Shown: positions 51,766 through 64,000 of the stretch, in pieces
How the letters are laid out: every line of letters starts with the position of its first letter
Numbering within the stretch: the stretch's first letter is position 1
Source: Mobula hypostoma
Taxonomy: Eukaryota
Direction of reading: 5' to 3'
Length of the DNA stretch: 64,000 nucleotides
Assembly (NCBI RefSeq): GCF_963921235.1
Contig: NC_086097.1
Location: forward strand, 237,524,001-237,588,000
The notes under the pieces: model-generated
Told to the model about the DNA's origin: nothing
What the model saw: only the letters and a program-made list of their open reading frames with translations
The model's database searches: none
Program-made: the position numbers and the translations under genes

Positions 51766-53199
51766 ATTATTCATACGAGTAATGTATCGAATCTATTTTA
51801 CTTGTGGAATTTCCAAATTCAAGTTTGTTCTCAAATAGCAAAGTAATTCATGAAGAGTACTGATTGGTGCCCTGGGATTATGCTTTAGTTCATCATAATA
51901 GCACACAAAGTTGAAAATGGCTATTTTGAGCACAAATCACATTATTTGCTCTCAACGTGCCCAAAGGGCGTACTTTATATTCATAAAGTTGAAGCAAATC
52001 TTCAGTTTAACAATTCAGATTGATAATATATAAATGCTTGAGCCTTTATTAACAGAGAGCTTGAACAATAATCATCTATGAAAACCGAACGAGTCACAAT
52101 GCATCTATTTGCAGAAACTTAATTGAGGTGTAAAATAAACACCACTCTTGATGGTTATTGTCCTTATAATACTGCCTGAATGCATTCATAGAACAGTGCA
52201 ACTCATAAAGTCTGCAGAAACCATAATGTCAAATTGCACTAATGTTATCTGCCTGCACATGGTCTATAAAACTCAACCTCCCGTCTGTTCAGATGTCTGT
52301 CTAAGCGTTGCTCAAACGGCACCATCACATTCGCTTCTGCCACCCGTCCTGGCAGCGTATTCCAGGCACATGCCATCCTCTGCGTGTGACAAACATGCCT
52401 TGCCAATCTCCTGTAAATTTTCGCTAACTCACTTTACAGCTAGTCCACCCTGACTCAGCCTCAAAATACAAGGACACCCCTTAAGAGCAGAGAGGCAGAG
52501 GAAATTCTTTTGCCAGAGAGTGGTGAATCATTGCAACAGATGGCTGCGGAGGCCAGGCAATTGGATATATTTAAAGTGAAGTTTGACAGGTTCTTGCTAG
52601 AAGGACATCAAAGATTATGGAGCGGGGACAGGACAACAGAGTTGAGAAGGAAAATAAATCAGCCATGATTGAATGACAAAGCAGACTCGATGAGCTGAAT
52701 GGCCTAATTCTATCCTGTGCCGTACAGTCTTATGGGTAGAAGACCTGATATTTAAACTATCTATGTTTATTTTTAATCTGTTTGCTGCAAGCATGCATGT
52801 CAGAGGCCTTTCTTTACCACCCTCTCCACTTGTATTGCCACTTCCAGGAAGCTTATAGACTTGGACGTCAAGTTTCCTCCGCACATCAATGCTGTGAAGT
52901 GTCCTGCCATTTACTATATATTTTCCTCCGATAGTAGACTTTAGAAAGGGTAACACATCACACTTAACTGGATTAAACTTCAGCTTCCAATTCTCTGCGC
53001 AAATTTCCAACTGATCTATATCCATCAGTATTTTTGACAACCTTCTTCGCAAGCTACAATCCACCAATTTGCATGTCACCTGCAAACTTACTAATCAGAT
53101 GAATTTACCAACTCACTGTGGATCTCATGTGACCTAATATTCTTGAGAAGCTGACAATGAGGGATTTTGCCCAATGCTTTACCGATGGTCTGTTCAGAC

Positions 53200-53280
53200 T
53201 GGGGGTTCCCAAATGTTTTTTAATGTCATAGACCCTCACCATTAACCAAGAGGTCCATGGATCCCAGGTGGGGACCCCAG
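53200..53280. mobile_element. hAT MITE, degenerate second copy of 22001-22079 in reverse orientation
   Basis: ggggttcccaa ... ggtggggacccc; internal sequence homologous to the 22001 copy. Confidence 0.55.
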
Positions 53281-54263
53281 GCCTAGGCCATCCAAATTCC
53301 CTACATTAATCAATTATCTTTGTCACTTTTTCAAAAAATACAAACATATTTGTGAGACAGGGATCCCAGCACAAAGTTCAAAGTAAATTTATTACCTCAG
53401 TATATATATTTTTGCAGGCATATTCAGGAAAAATATAAATACGATAAAATTAATGAATAATTATGCATAAACAAAGACTGACCAACAACCAATGTCCAAA
53501 AGAAGACTAACTGTGCAAATATAGAAATACTGAGAATATGAGTTGTAAAGATCTTTCAAGGAGACTCTGTAGGTCATAGAATCAGTTCAGAGTATTGCTG
53601 AGTGAAGTAATCCATGGTGGCTCAGGAACTGGGTTAATGTAAGGCGAGAAATGTTCCTGGACCTGCTGGTCTGAGACCAAAGGCTTCTCTACCTCATGCC
53701 TGATGGTAGTTGTGAAAAGAGGCATGGTCTGGATGGTGGGAGTTCTCAATATTGGATGTTGTGAATGCCACACTGACTAACCTTAGCAGGCCTATGCTTT
53801 TCCAAATGTAAGTAATTCTTGTTAACAAGATCAGTACAGCACAGAAACAGGCACTTGATGCCCATGATATTGCACCTAACTGAATAGACTAACGTTAAAT
53901 TAAATGTCTAATTAAACTGCCTACACAATTGCATACATCTCTATTTTCTGTATGTTTATGTGATTGAAGATAATACAGGCATTTAAGAGTCTTTTAAATG
54001 TGTCTATCAATTTGTTTCCAATACCAACTCTGACAGTGTATTCCAGGCATCCACCACGCTCTGATTTAAAAAACAACTAGCCTCACACATCTCTGAATTT
54101 AACACCTTTCACCATAAATACAAGCCCTCCAGTATGAGACATTTTAACCCTGTTGAAGAAAAAGATAATGGCTGTCTATTCAATACCTTGTATTTTTCAA
54201 GATAGCCAACATTTCCTCCTTCTTAATATTGACGTACTCTAGAATATCAACAAATCCCTGCTT

Positions 54264-55091
54264 CCCACCAATCTCCCTCCTGGCATTTATCCTTGCAAGC
54301 GGAACAAGTGCTACACATGCCCTTACACTTCCTCCCTCACTACCATTCAGGGCCCCAGACAGTTCTTCCAGGTGAGGCGACACTTCACCTGTGAGTCAGC
54401 TGGGGTGATATACTGCGTCCTGGTGCTCCCAATGCAGCCTTCTACATATTGGCGAGACCCGCCACAGACTGGAAGATTGTTTCGCTGAACACCTACGCTC
54501 TGTCCGCCAGAGAAAGCAGGATCTCCCAGTGGCCACACATTTTAATTCCACGTCCCATTCCCATTCTGATATGTCTATCCACGGCCTCCTCTACTGTAAA
54601 GATGAAACCACACTCAGGTTGGAGGAACAACACCTTATATTCCGTCTGGGTAGCCTCCAACCTGATGGCATGAACATTGACTTCTCAAACTTCCGCTAAT
54701 GCCCCACCTCCCCCTCGTACCCCATTCGTTATTTATTTATATACACACATTCTTTTTCTCTCTCTCCTTTTTCTCCCTCTGTCCCTCTCACTATACCCCT
54801 TGCCCATCCTCTGGGCTTGCCCCTCCCCCTTTTCTTTCTCCCTAGGCCTCCTGTCCCATGATTCTCTCATATCCCTTTTGCCAAACACCTGTCCAGCTCT
54901 TGGCTCCATCCCTCCCGCTCTTGTCTTCTCCTATCATTTCGGATCTCCCCCTCTCCCTTCCACTTTCAAATCTCTTACTAGCTCTTCCTTCAGTTAGTCC
55001 TGACGAAGGGTCTCAGCCCGAAACGTCGACTGTACCTCTTCCTAGAGATGCTGCCTGGCCTGCTGCATTCACCAGCAAATTTTATATGTGT
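54264..55091 (+). mobile_element. Penelope-like element (Neptune-type), 5'-truncated: Cys-rich linker, GIY-YIG endonuclease, 3' UTR, terminal repeat
   Basis: Hand translation: PGIYPCKRNKCYTC..FTCESAGVIYCV[+1 frameshift]WCSQCSLLHIGETRHRLEDCFAEH..RLEEQHLIFRLGSLQPDGMNIDFSNFR* (stop at 54699). TSD tccctgctt at 54255-54263 and 55092-55100, inside a minus-strand CR1. Confidence 0.9.
54996..55031 (+). ncRNA. Minimal type I hammerhead ribozyme motif (PLE-associated)
   Basis: AGUC-CUGACGA-A-GGGU(CUCA)GCCC-GAAAC-GUC^-GACU: intact core boxes, helix I AGUC/GACU, helix II, palindromic ACGU in place of helix III. Confidence 0.75.
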
Positions 55092-55414
55092 TCCCTGCTT
55101 AATCTCACCATTATCAATATCCTTCTTTTTTGGTGCACACCAATGCAAAGTATGCATTGAGAATGTCAACTACTTCCTCTGGCTCTGAGAATAAACTTCC
55201 TTCTTTGTCCTTGAGTGGATTTGATTTTCTTAGCTACCCTCTTGCGAAATGCCTTGGGGTTCTCCTTAATGTTATTTGCCAAGGTCATTACACAGCCATC
55301 TTTAGCTGTTGTGTTCAAGTTCTTTCCTGTTTCCTTTATATTTGTCAAATGCCTTGTCTGATTTCAGTTTCCTAAGTTTTAAATATGTTCTTTTTCTCTT
55401 TCAACTAATCTTGA

Positions 55415-56110
55415 AGGATAGTTTGCAGGTTGAGTCAGTGGTGAGGAAGGCAAATGTCATGTTAGCTTTCATTTCAAGAGGTCTGGAATACAAGAGCAAG
55501 GATGTAATGCTGAGGCTTTATAAGGCACTGGTGAGACCTCACCTTGAGTATTGTGAACAGTTTTGGGCCCTTCATCTTAGAGAAGATGGGCTGGCATTGG
55601 AGAGGGTCCAGAGGAGGTTCACAAGGATGATTCCAGGAGTGAAAGGGTTATCATACGAGGAACATTTGATGGCTCTGGGTCTGTACTCGCTGGAATTCAG
55701 AAGGATGGGGGCGGTGGATCTTAGTGAAACCCTTCGAATGTTGAAAGACCCGGACAGAGTAGATGTGGAAAGGATGTTTCCCATGGTTGCAGAGGCTAGG
55801 ACAAGAGGGCACAGATTCAGCACAGAGGGGTGTCCATTCAAAACAGAGATGTGGAGAAATTTCTTTAGTCAAAGGGTGGTGAATTTGTGGAATTTGTCGC
55901 CACATGCACCTGTGGAGGCCAGGTTGTTGCCTGCATTTAAGGCAGATATTGATAGGTTTTTGATTGGACATGGCATCAAAGGTTACAGGGAGGAGGCCGG
56001 GAACTGGGATTGAGGAGGAGATCGAGAAAAAGGATCAGCCACGATTGAATGGCAGAGTCGACTCGATGGGCCAGATGGCCTAATTCTTCTCCTATGTCTT
56101 ATGGTCTTGT
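55415..56110 (+). mobile_element. CR1 3' fragment with ORF2 C-terminus open to its stop at 56013
   Basis: VVRKANVMLAFISRGLEYKSKDVMLRLYKALVRPHLEYCEQFW..FFSQRVVNLWN. Confidence 0.9.
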
Positions 56111-56967
56111 GGACTGTGTGTCCCAGCACAGCTCAGATGAACAGTCCGTGAATCCATGAATACTACATCACTACTTTGTTCCCTTTTGTCCTATTTATTT
56201 GTGGGCATCTGGTGCGTATCACAAGTCCTTGTTATGCGACCACAGACCCAAGACAGACAATCTCTGAAGAGTATTGACAATGGCAGGGGTTATCCATCTT
56301 GAAAAGACACTGCCCAGAAAAAGGCAATGGCAAACCACTTCTGTAGAAAAATTTGCCAAGAACAATCAAGGTCTTTAAAAAGCCATGATCGCCTGTATCA
56401 TACGATATGGCACATATGATCAAACAAATTTATATATCTTTATATTTCTTAATGTAACTTAGAGTCATAGAGTCACATAAAAGTACAGCACAAAAACAGG
56501 CCCTTCAGCTCATCCAGTCCGTGCCACACCATTTAAACGCCCTACTCTCATCGACCTGCACCGGGACCATAGCCCTCCATATCCCTGCCATCCACGTACC
56601 TACCCACACTTCCCTTAAATGTTAAATTTGAGCTTGCATGCACCACTTGCACTGGTAGCTCATTCCACACTATCATGGCCCTCTGAGTGAAGAGGTTTCC
56701 CCTCATGTTCCCCTTAAACATTTCACCATTCACCTTTAACCCATGATCTCGATTGTAGGCCCACCCAACCTCAACCTGCTTGCATTTACCCTATCTATAC
56801 CTCTCATATTGTTGTATACCTCCATCAAATCTCCTCTTAATCTTCTACATTTCAAGGTTTCAATATAACTCAGAACCTGCAGAACTTAAGTGTAACTTTT
56901 TTTTATGCATTACACTGTACTGCTGCAGCAAAACAACAAATTTCACAACACATGTCAGTGATATTAA

Positions 56968-57149
56968 CGCAAACACGAGGAAATCTGCAGATGTTGGACA
57001 TTCAAGCAGCACACATAAAAGTTGCTGGTGAACGCAGCAGGCCAGGCAGCATCTCTAGGAAGAGGTCTTGGCCCGAAACGTTGACCATACCTCTTCCTAG
57101 AGATGCTGCCTGGCCTGCTGCCTTCACCAGCAACTTTTTTGTGTGTTGC
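56968..57149. mobile_element. Penelope fold-back insertion inside a Rex1 tail
   Basis: Inverted arms; exact 13-bp TSD tcagtgatattaa at 56955-56967 and 57150-57162. Confidence 0.85.
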
Positions 57150-57289
57150 TCAGTGATATTAAACCTGATTGTGATTCACCCATCTCCATCCCAACACTCT
57201 TTCGGAACCTGGGATGTAAGCCTCCTATCACTCAAAGTATAAACAGCTTTTTCCTTTCAATACTATTGCGATACATTGCTGTCACTTGA

Positions 57290-59870
57290 ATCAGAATCAG
57301 GTTTAATATCAGTGGCATATGTCGTGAATTTTTAAAAATTTGTGGCAGCAGTACATTGTAATACGTGATAAATATAAAAAAACTGAATTACAGCAAGTAT
57401 ATACAGTATATGTATTTTATATAGTTAAATTAAGATTAAGTAGTGCAAAAACAAAACTTACAAAAAAAATTGAGGCAGTATCCATTTAAGAATCTGATGG
57501 CAGAGGGCAAGAAGCTGTTCCTGAATTGCTGAATGTGCCTTCCTGATGGTAACAGTGAGAAGAGGGCATGGCCTGGGTGGTGGGGGAGCTTAATGATGGA
57601 CGCTGCCTTTTTGGGGCACTGTTCCTTGAAGATGACTTGGATACAACTCTCTAACTTACTTCGATCCTGTGCAGTAGACCCACCTCCTGCCCCCACTACC
57701 ATACCAAACGGTGATGCAGCCTTGCTCTCCATGGTAACATCTGTAGAAATTTCCAAGTGTTTTAGGTGATAAACCAAATCTCCTCAAACTCCGAATGAAA
57801 TATAGCCACTGCCTTGCCTTCTTTATAGCTGCATCAATATGTTCACAAGATCACAAGACAAAGGAGCAGAAGTAGGCCATTCAGCCCATCGAGTCTGCTC
57901 CATCACTCTACCATGAGCTAAACTATTCTCCCATCTAGTTCCAATTTCCAGCTTTTTCCCCATATCCCTTGATATCCTGACTAATTAGATACCTATCAAT
58001 CTCCTCCTTAAACATTCTCAATGATCGGGCCTCCACAGCTGTATGTGGCAACAAATTCCATAAATCCACGACCCTCTGGTTAAAAAAAATTTCTCCTCAT
58101 CTCTGTTTTAAATGGGTACCCTCTAATTCTAAGACTGTGGCCTCTTGTCCTGGACTCACCCACCAAGGGAAACAGCCTTTCCACATCTATTCTGTCCAAC
58201 CCTTTCAACATTCGAAATGTTTCTATGAGAACACCCTCTCATTCTTCTCTACTGTAATGGATACAGTCCAAGAGCCAACAAACGCTCCTCATATGTTAGC
58301 CCCTGCATTCCAGGAATCATCCTCGTAAATCTTCTCTGAACTCTCTCCAACATCAATATATCCCTTCTAAGATAGGGGGCCCAAAACTGCACACGGTATT
58401 CCAAATGAGGTCTGACTAATGCCCCATAGAGCCTCATCAACACCTCCTTACTCTTATACACTATTCCTCTTGAAATGAATGCCAACATAGCATTCGCTTT
58501 CCTTACTACCGATCCAACCTGGTGGTTAACCTTTAGGGTATCCTGCACGAGGACCCCCAAGTCCCTTTGCATTTCCGATTTTTGAATTTTCTCCCCATCT
58601 AAATAATAATCTGCCGGATTATTTCATCTTCAACAATGTACAACCGTATACTTCTCAGCATTGTATCTCATTTGCCATTTCTTAGCCCACTCTCCTAAAC
58701 TGATCGTCTCTCTGCAACCTTTCCGTTTCTTCAACACTTCCTACTCCTCCACCTACCTTAGTGTCATCCGCAGACTTAGTCACAAAACCATTTAATCCAT
58801 ATTATTATTATTGCATTATTATATTATATTATATTATTGCAGATTATTTTGTGTTTACCATTTAATCCATAATCTAAGTCATTGATATACATTGTAAAAA
58901 GAAGCCGCCCCAAATACCGACCCCTGGGGAACACCACTAGTAACCAGCAACCAATCAGAATAGGATCTGTTTATTCCCACCCTTTGCTTTCTGCCTATCA
59001 GCCAATGCTCCACCCATTCCAATATCTTTCCCATAATTCCAGGGGCTCTCATCTTATTAAGCAGCCTCTTATGCTGCACTTTATTGAAGACCTTTTGAAA
59101 ATCCAAGTACACAACATCCACAGCCTTTCCCTTGTCAATCTTATTTGAGATGACCTCAAAAAATTCCAATAGGTTGGTGAGGTAGGATCTTCCCTTCATG
59201 AAACCAATCTGGCTTGGGCCTATCTTGTCTTGCACCTTGAGGTATTTCATAACCTTGTCCTTGAGGATCGACTCCAACAATCTGTTACCGATTTTGTTAT
59301 ATTTCAATCGCACAGCAAATTATCCTGTCTATTCACCTGCCTGTCCTTCTTGCCATCTTTGCTGCACAGTATCTTTGACTTATTTCTATTTTCCTCTTCC
59401 TCGACCCTAACACCCTGGTTTCCTTCCCCCTGCCAACTTAGTTTAAACCCTCCCTAACAGCTACATCAAACACTCCCGCCAGGATATTAGTACTAGGGAC
59501 CAGGTTAGATCCTCAAAGATATTGACACCCTGGATCTTGAAATTGTACCCACTTTCCACTTCTGAACCCTATGAGGATTGGTTTGTGTTCCCTCAGCTTA
59601 CCCATTCGAAGTTCACAATCAGCTCTTTGGTCTTATTGACGTTGAGTGCAAGGTTTTTGATGTGACACCACTCAGCTAGCTGATATATCTTGCTTCTGTA
59701 TGCCCTCTTGTCATCATCTGAGATTCTGCCAACAATCGCTGCATCATCAGCAAGTTTAAAGATGACATTTGAGTTATGCCTAGCCACAGAGTGATGGGCA
59801 TAGAGAGAATAGAGCAGTGCACTAAGCACACATCCCTGAGGTGCACCAGTGTTGATCATGAGTGAGGTGA
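57290..59870 (-). mobile_element. Rex1 RT fragment split by an internally deleted CR1 (57843-59490)
   Basis: Rex1: TGAPQGCVLSALLYSLY, KLADD. CR1: SQIGFMKGRS..DFQKVFNKV..GVPQGS, joined at ~59285 directly to the ORF1 end / inter-ORF region. Confidence 0.8.
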
Positions 59871-60529
59871 AGATGCATTTACCAATTTGCTTTATCTCAT
59901 TTGACCCGGCAGCAAAAAGTCTGGCCACGTGAATATTGCAGCGGTGATCACAAAGTGCCGGTCAATTTATGCTTGATATAAATGTTGACTGAGAACGTTG
60001 TTGTATGTTAGTTTGAGTCTGAGTCTGCTAATTACATTGAGATTTATTAGATAAACAATAAATACCTAATGCTACAATAATCTCATTTTCTCAATGATGA
60101 AAGCTAATTCTGTTTCCTAATCATAGTGAATAAGCAATTGTAGAATATGATTTGTGAGCCTAGATTACACTTCTACTGATGTAATTTTCAACACATAATT
60201 ATATGAAAAAATGTTTCATCACAATCTTAAATGATTTCTTTTCACTACTCGAAGTAATTTGCTCTGTCAGTTCATAATCTTGACTAAAGACCGATTGCAT
60301 TTCTGACATTGCATTCAGCACAACAACAGATCATAAAATATTGCCTCATACAGAAAAGCAATTTCCTGATATTAAAGAACAAAACATATTTCTACAGTTA
60401 AACACAGAAAGCTTATAACTACGTGGATTGAACTGGTTTATATTGGAAAAGTGAAAAACAATTAGGATCCAGTACCATTGTAATTAAGAAATCAAAAAAT
60501 AACTTACTGCGTTCTTCAAAACTCAATTT

Positions 60530-60900
60530 AGATAGAGGTATACAGCATTATGAGGAGTACAGATGGGGTAAATGCAAGCAGGCTTTTTCCACTGGGGTTG
60601 GGTGAGACTACAACCAGAGGTCATGGGTTATGTGTGAAAGGTGAAAAGTTTAAGGGGAACATGAGGGGAAACTTCTTCACTGAGAAGCTTGTGAGAGTGT
60701 GGAACGAGCTGCCAGAACAAGTGGTGTAAGCAAGCTCGATTTCAACGTTTAAGAGAAGTTTGGATAGGTACATGGAGAATAGGATTGTGAGAGGCTATGG
60801 TCCGGGTGCAGCTTGATGGGAATAGGCATTTTAAATGGTTCAGCACAGACTTGATGGTCTGAAGGGCCTGTTTCTGTGCTTTGTTTTTCTATGACTTTAT
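60530..60900 (+). mobile_element. CR1 3' fragment
   Basis: LIEVYSIMR..TRGHGL..FKGNMRGNFFT; tail gaagggcctgtttctgtgct..tctatgact. Confidence 0.8.
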
Positions 60901-62149
60901 GAATCTATAACTTCTATAAACAATACAACAGCTTCATTTGAACACAGTTAAACATGTGCAGATACCTACCCATAGATTTTAGTCCATCTATTTCATATAT
61001 ATGTTACCAGGTGACCATTGAATATAATTTTTTTATTGTTAAAGTGCACTTATGTATTCACCTTGGTAATGCTAAAGTAGCTGCCTGTGCCTTTAAGAGA
61101 AAATGGTGATGTCATTTTGCATGGGTGGAGTAGAATGAAGATTTGCCATGTTATAGAAAGGACGATGTTCGAATGCTTTTGCCAGGTTTAGTGAGGAAAG
61201 GTGAATAATATTTGATAATATCCATGTAAATTTATTTATACTTGTTTGTAAATCTAGAATATCAGTCATTTGACGTGTTTTACATGCAGATGCTTTAGAT
61301 TTTCACGAGTAAGTTGATCAGCGCTGAATAGTCTGATTGTGAAGTTCCTTAATTGGCCTACTAGGTTAGTTTTTAGTAATTTATCTACCAGGCAATATAT
61401 TGCAAAAGTTTATTTGTCTTTCTTTATTATTTCATGACTGAAAGTGAACACAACAGAGTAATGTGAATGTGTTAATCTCTGTTCACATAGCGTGAACAAG
61501 GACAACTTATTTCAAGGCCTAGCCTACATGTGTTTGGAGGTTAAGCACATGCGTGCCAAATTTGAGTGTATCTCTTAATTGAGATGAGATGTATAAGGTA
61601 TAGGGTTGGTGGGATTCTTTGTATATTTTGTTTTAGTTATTTTCATACTGCATACATAACAAGGGTGTGGTCTGAAGTTAAACTGAGATTGTAATAGCGG
61701 AAACAGTTTTAAAAAAAAATTATTTTGTTGTTTTATTTTGATACCCTCTTTCTGCAATAAAAACATCTAAAACAGATAAAGGAATTTAAGACCCGAAAAA
61801 GTATTTGTTGTCCTGCATGTGTATTTTTCCCCAAGCTACAAAACATATTATATATAAATTAGCATCATGGGGAACAATATACAAATACATTGGCACAATG
61901 TCAGTCATAGTCGTACTTTATTGATCCCGGGGGAAATTGGTTACTCATACACCCAATGAATGGAAGAAGCACAATGAAATGCAAGAGGACAGTTAGAAGT
62001 CTCAGCAAAAATTTGAGTCAAGATCAGCATATCTTCTGCTATAGTGTCTGTCTGAACCTGTGGGAAGTCATAGAGAACTATTTTCTCTTCCATTCAATGT
62101 TGACTCACACAATTGTAATGCCTTGTCGAGAAAAGTACATCTTCATCTC

Positions 62150-62960
62150 AAAGTACAAACTTCAAAGTAAATTTATTTTCAGTTAATACTATATATCACC
62201 AAATAATACTCTAAAGTTCATTTTCTTGCAGCATTCACAATAGAACAAAGTAATATAATAGAATTAATGACAACCTATACTCAAACAAAGACCGACAAGC
62301 GACCAATGAACAAAAGAAGACAAATGTGAAAATACAAAGAAAAACTAATAATAGTAAATAAATAATACTGAGAACATGAGTTGTCGATCCCTTGAAAGTG
62401 AGTCGAAAAGGTTGCGTTCAGTGTGGTGGTGAGAGTAGTTGCCCATGTTGGTTCAAGAGCCTGATGGTTGAAGGATAAGAACTGTTCCTGAATCTTATGG
62501 TATGGGACCTAAGGCTCCTGTACCTTCTTGCTGATGGCAGCCATGGTCTGGATGGTGGGAATCCATGATTATGGATGCTGCTTTCTTGTGACAGTGCCCT
62601 TTGTAATAGGCTCAATAGGCTGGGAAGGGCATTTTCTGTGAAGAACTGAGCTACGTCTACCACTTTTGTTGTCTTTTCCATTCTTGGGCACCAGTGTCTC
62701 CATACCAGGCCATGATACTCTTGTGCACCTATAGAGATTTGTCCAAGTTTTAGATGACATATCAGATCGGTGCGAACTCTAAGAAACTAGAGGTGCAATG
62801 GTGTTTTCTTTGAAATGGCACTATGTGTAGTTCCCAGGACAGATCCTCTGATATGATAACACCCAGAAATTTAAAGCTACTGCTCCTCTCTACTTCCAAT
62901 CTCCTAATGAGCACTGGCTCATGGATCTTTGATTTCTTTCTTCTGTGGTCGATAATCAGC
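62150..62960 (-). mobile_element. Rex1-derived 3' fragment (a similar copy lies at ~53376-53770)
   Basis: SARRYRSLRSHTIRFRNSSYPSTIRLLN; tail reads ttcaaagtaaattt on the plus strand. Confidence 0.7.
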
Positions 62961-63548
62961 TCTTTCTTTCACCAGCTCATCAGAAACTTTGGGAGAGTAT
63001 GGAACGAGTATAAGTGAACCAGCTCTTCTTCTGCAGAACCATCCCTTCCACATGTGCTCTTTCTTCATCATGAGCAGAGTTCCCTTCTGATCATGCAATG
63101 GGCTGATGCAGAGGAATGAAGACCTCTGATTAGGTTCTGTTTCTGCCCAATCTCCAGGTCTGCTGACTGACCCAATGTTCCGGGGTTTGCACAGATCATT
63201 GGATCAGTGTCTATGTGGTCTGTCAAGTGATAGTCTTGAGTGAAAATTCTGGACATCGTTGTTCACCCCACTGTCCTGCAATCTGACTGCAGAATTTCAG
63301 ACTATATGTTCTCAGACATTTTAGTTCAGTCTTCTTTTTTGTTGTTCTATTCATTATGCCTGACCTGCTGATCATGTTCCATTGCCTTATCATTAACTAC
63401 ACAGCACACAGGTAATGACACATAATGCACTTGTAACTGTCCTCATTATCTTATTTAGATTCACCTCAGAAGAGATATTCAAATTGCTTGATCTATCTCT
63501 TCCACATCCCCTGTCCTTCTGAAGAGAGAAAAGAGCTTTTCTTTCTTT

Positions 63549-63855
63549 AAAAACACAAACACGAGGAATTCTGCAGATGCTGGAAATTCAAGCAACACAC
63601 ACACACACACATCAAAGTTGCTGGTGAACGCAGCAGGCCAGGCAGCATCTCTAGGAAGAGGTACAGTCGACGTTTCAGGCCGAGACCCTTTGTCAGGACT
63701 AACTGAAGGAAGAGCTAGTAAGAGGGTTCACCAGCTCTTACTCACTCTTCCTTCAGTTAGTCCTGAGAAAGGGTCTCGGCCTGAAACATCGACTGCACCT
63801 CTTCCTAGAGATGCTGCCTGGCCCGCTGCGTTCACCAGCAACTTTGATGTGTGTT
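63549..63855. mobile_element. Penelope fold-back insertion with two divergent hammerhead motifs, both core-mutated
   Basis: ~120-bp inverted arms; TSD gcttttctttcttt at 63535-63548 and 63856-63869; cores CTGACAA (-) and CTGAGAA (+). Confidence 0.88.
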
Positions 63856-64000
63856 GCTTTTCTTTCTTTCTCAGTTCTGATGCGGAGACCTGGAGCAAAA
63901 ACTGTTTGGCTTTGCTAAGGAATTTTTTCCATGAGATGATCACAAATCTTTTTTTTTCCCCCACTATCCTAGAGAGCTGTGGAGATGAATACATGAGAGC

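Noticed and set aside
63060..63330. ORF 63068-63256 as an exon or gene
   Set aside because: No CUB, Sushi or other recognisable motif, and no convincing splice context.
7385..64000. The next upstream CSMD3 exon (end of the preceding CUB domain, ...WLHLQTDESVGSVGFKVNYK-like)
   Set aside because: Searched by eye on the minus strand and not found; it probably lies beyond the window. A tblastn would confirm.

Overview
This window is vertebrate genomic DNA, most likely from a cartilaginous fish (probably a ray or skate), judged from the CR1/Rex1/Penelope/V-SINE repeat mix. The only host gene is CSMD3 on the minus strand, seen as three consecutive phase-1 exons: 7202-7384 (Sushi), 2559-2885 (CUB) and 933-1127 (Sushi). 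They splice into a continuous 705-nt frame, and the 933-1127 exon is missing from the ORF track. I found no further exon between 7385 and the window end, so that stretch appears to be one very large intron. It is packed with decayed and nested transposons: many CR1 fragments (one 5'-complete, internally deleted 4.1-kb copy), Rex1/Babar LINEs, Penelope-like elements (PLEs), tRNA- and RTE-related SINEs, two solo LTRs, and Tc1 and hAT MITEs. The most notable non-genic signal is a PLE family whose terminal repeat carries a minimal hammerhead ribozyme (cleanest copy 54996-55031). The same family repeatedly occurs as short fold-back insertions with 13-15 bp target-site duplications. Repeat family names and many repeat boundaries come from reading by eye and are approximate.
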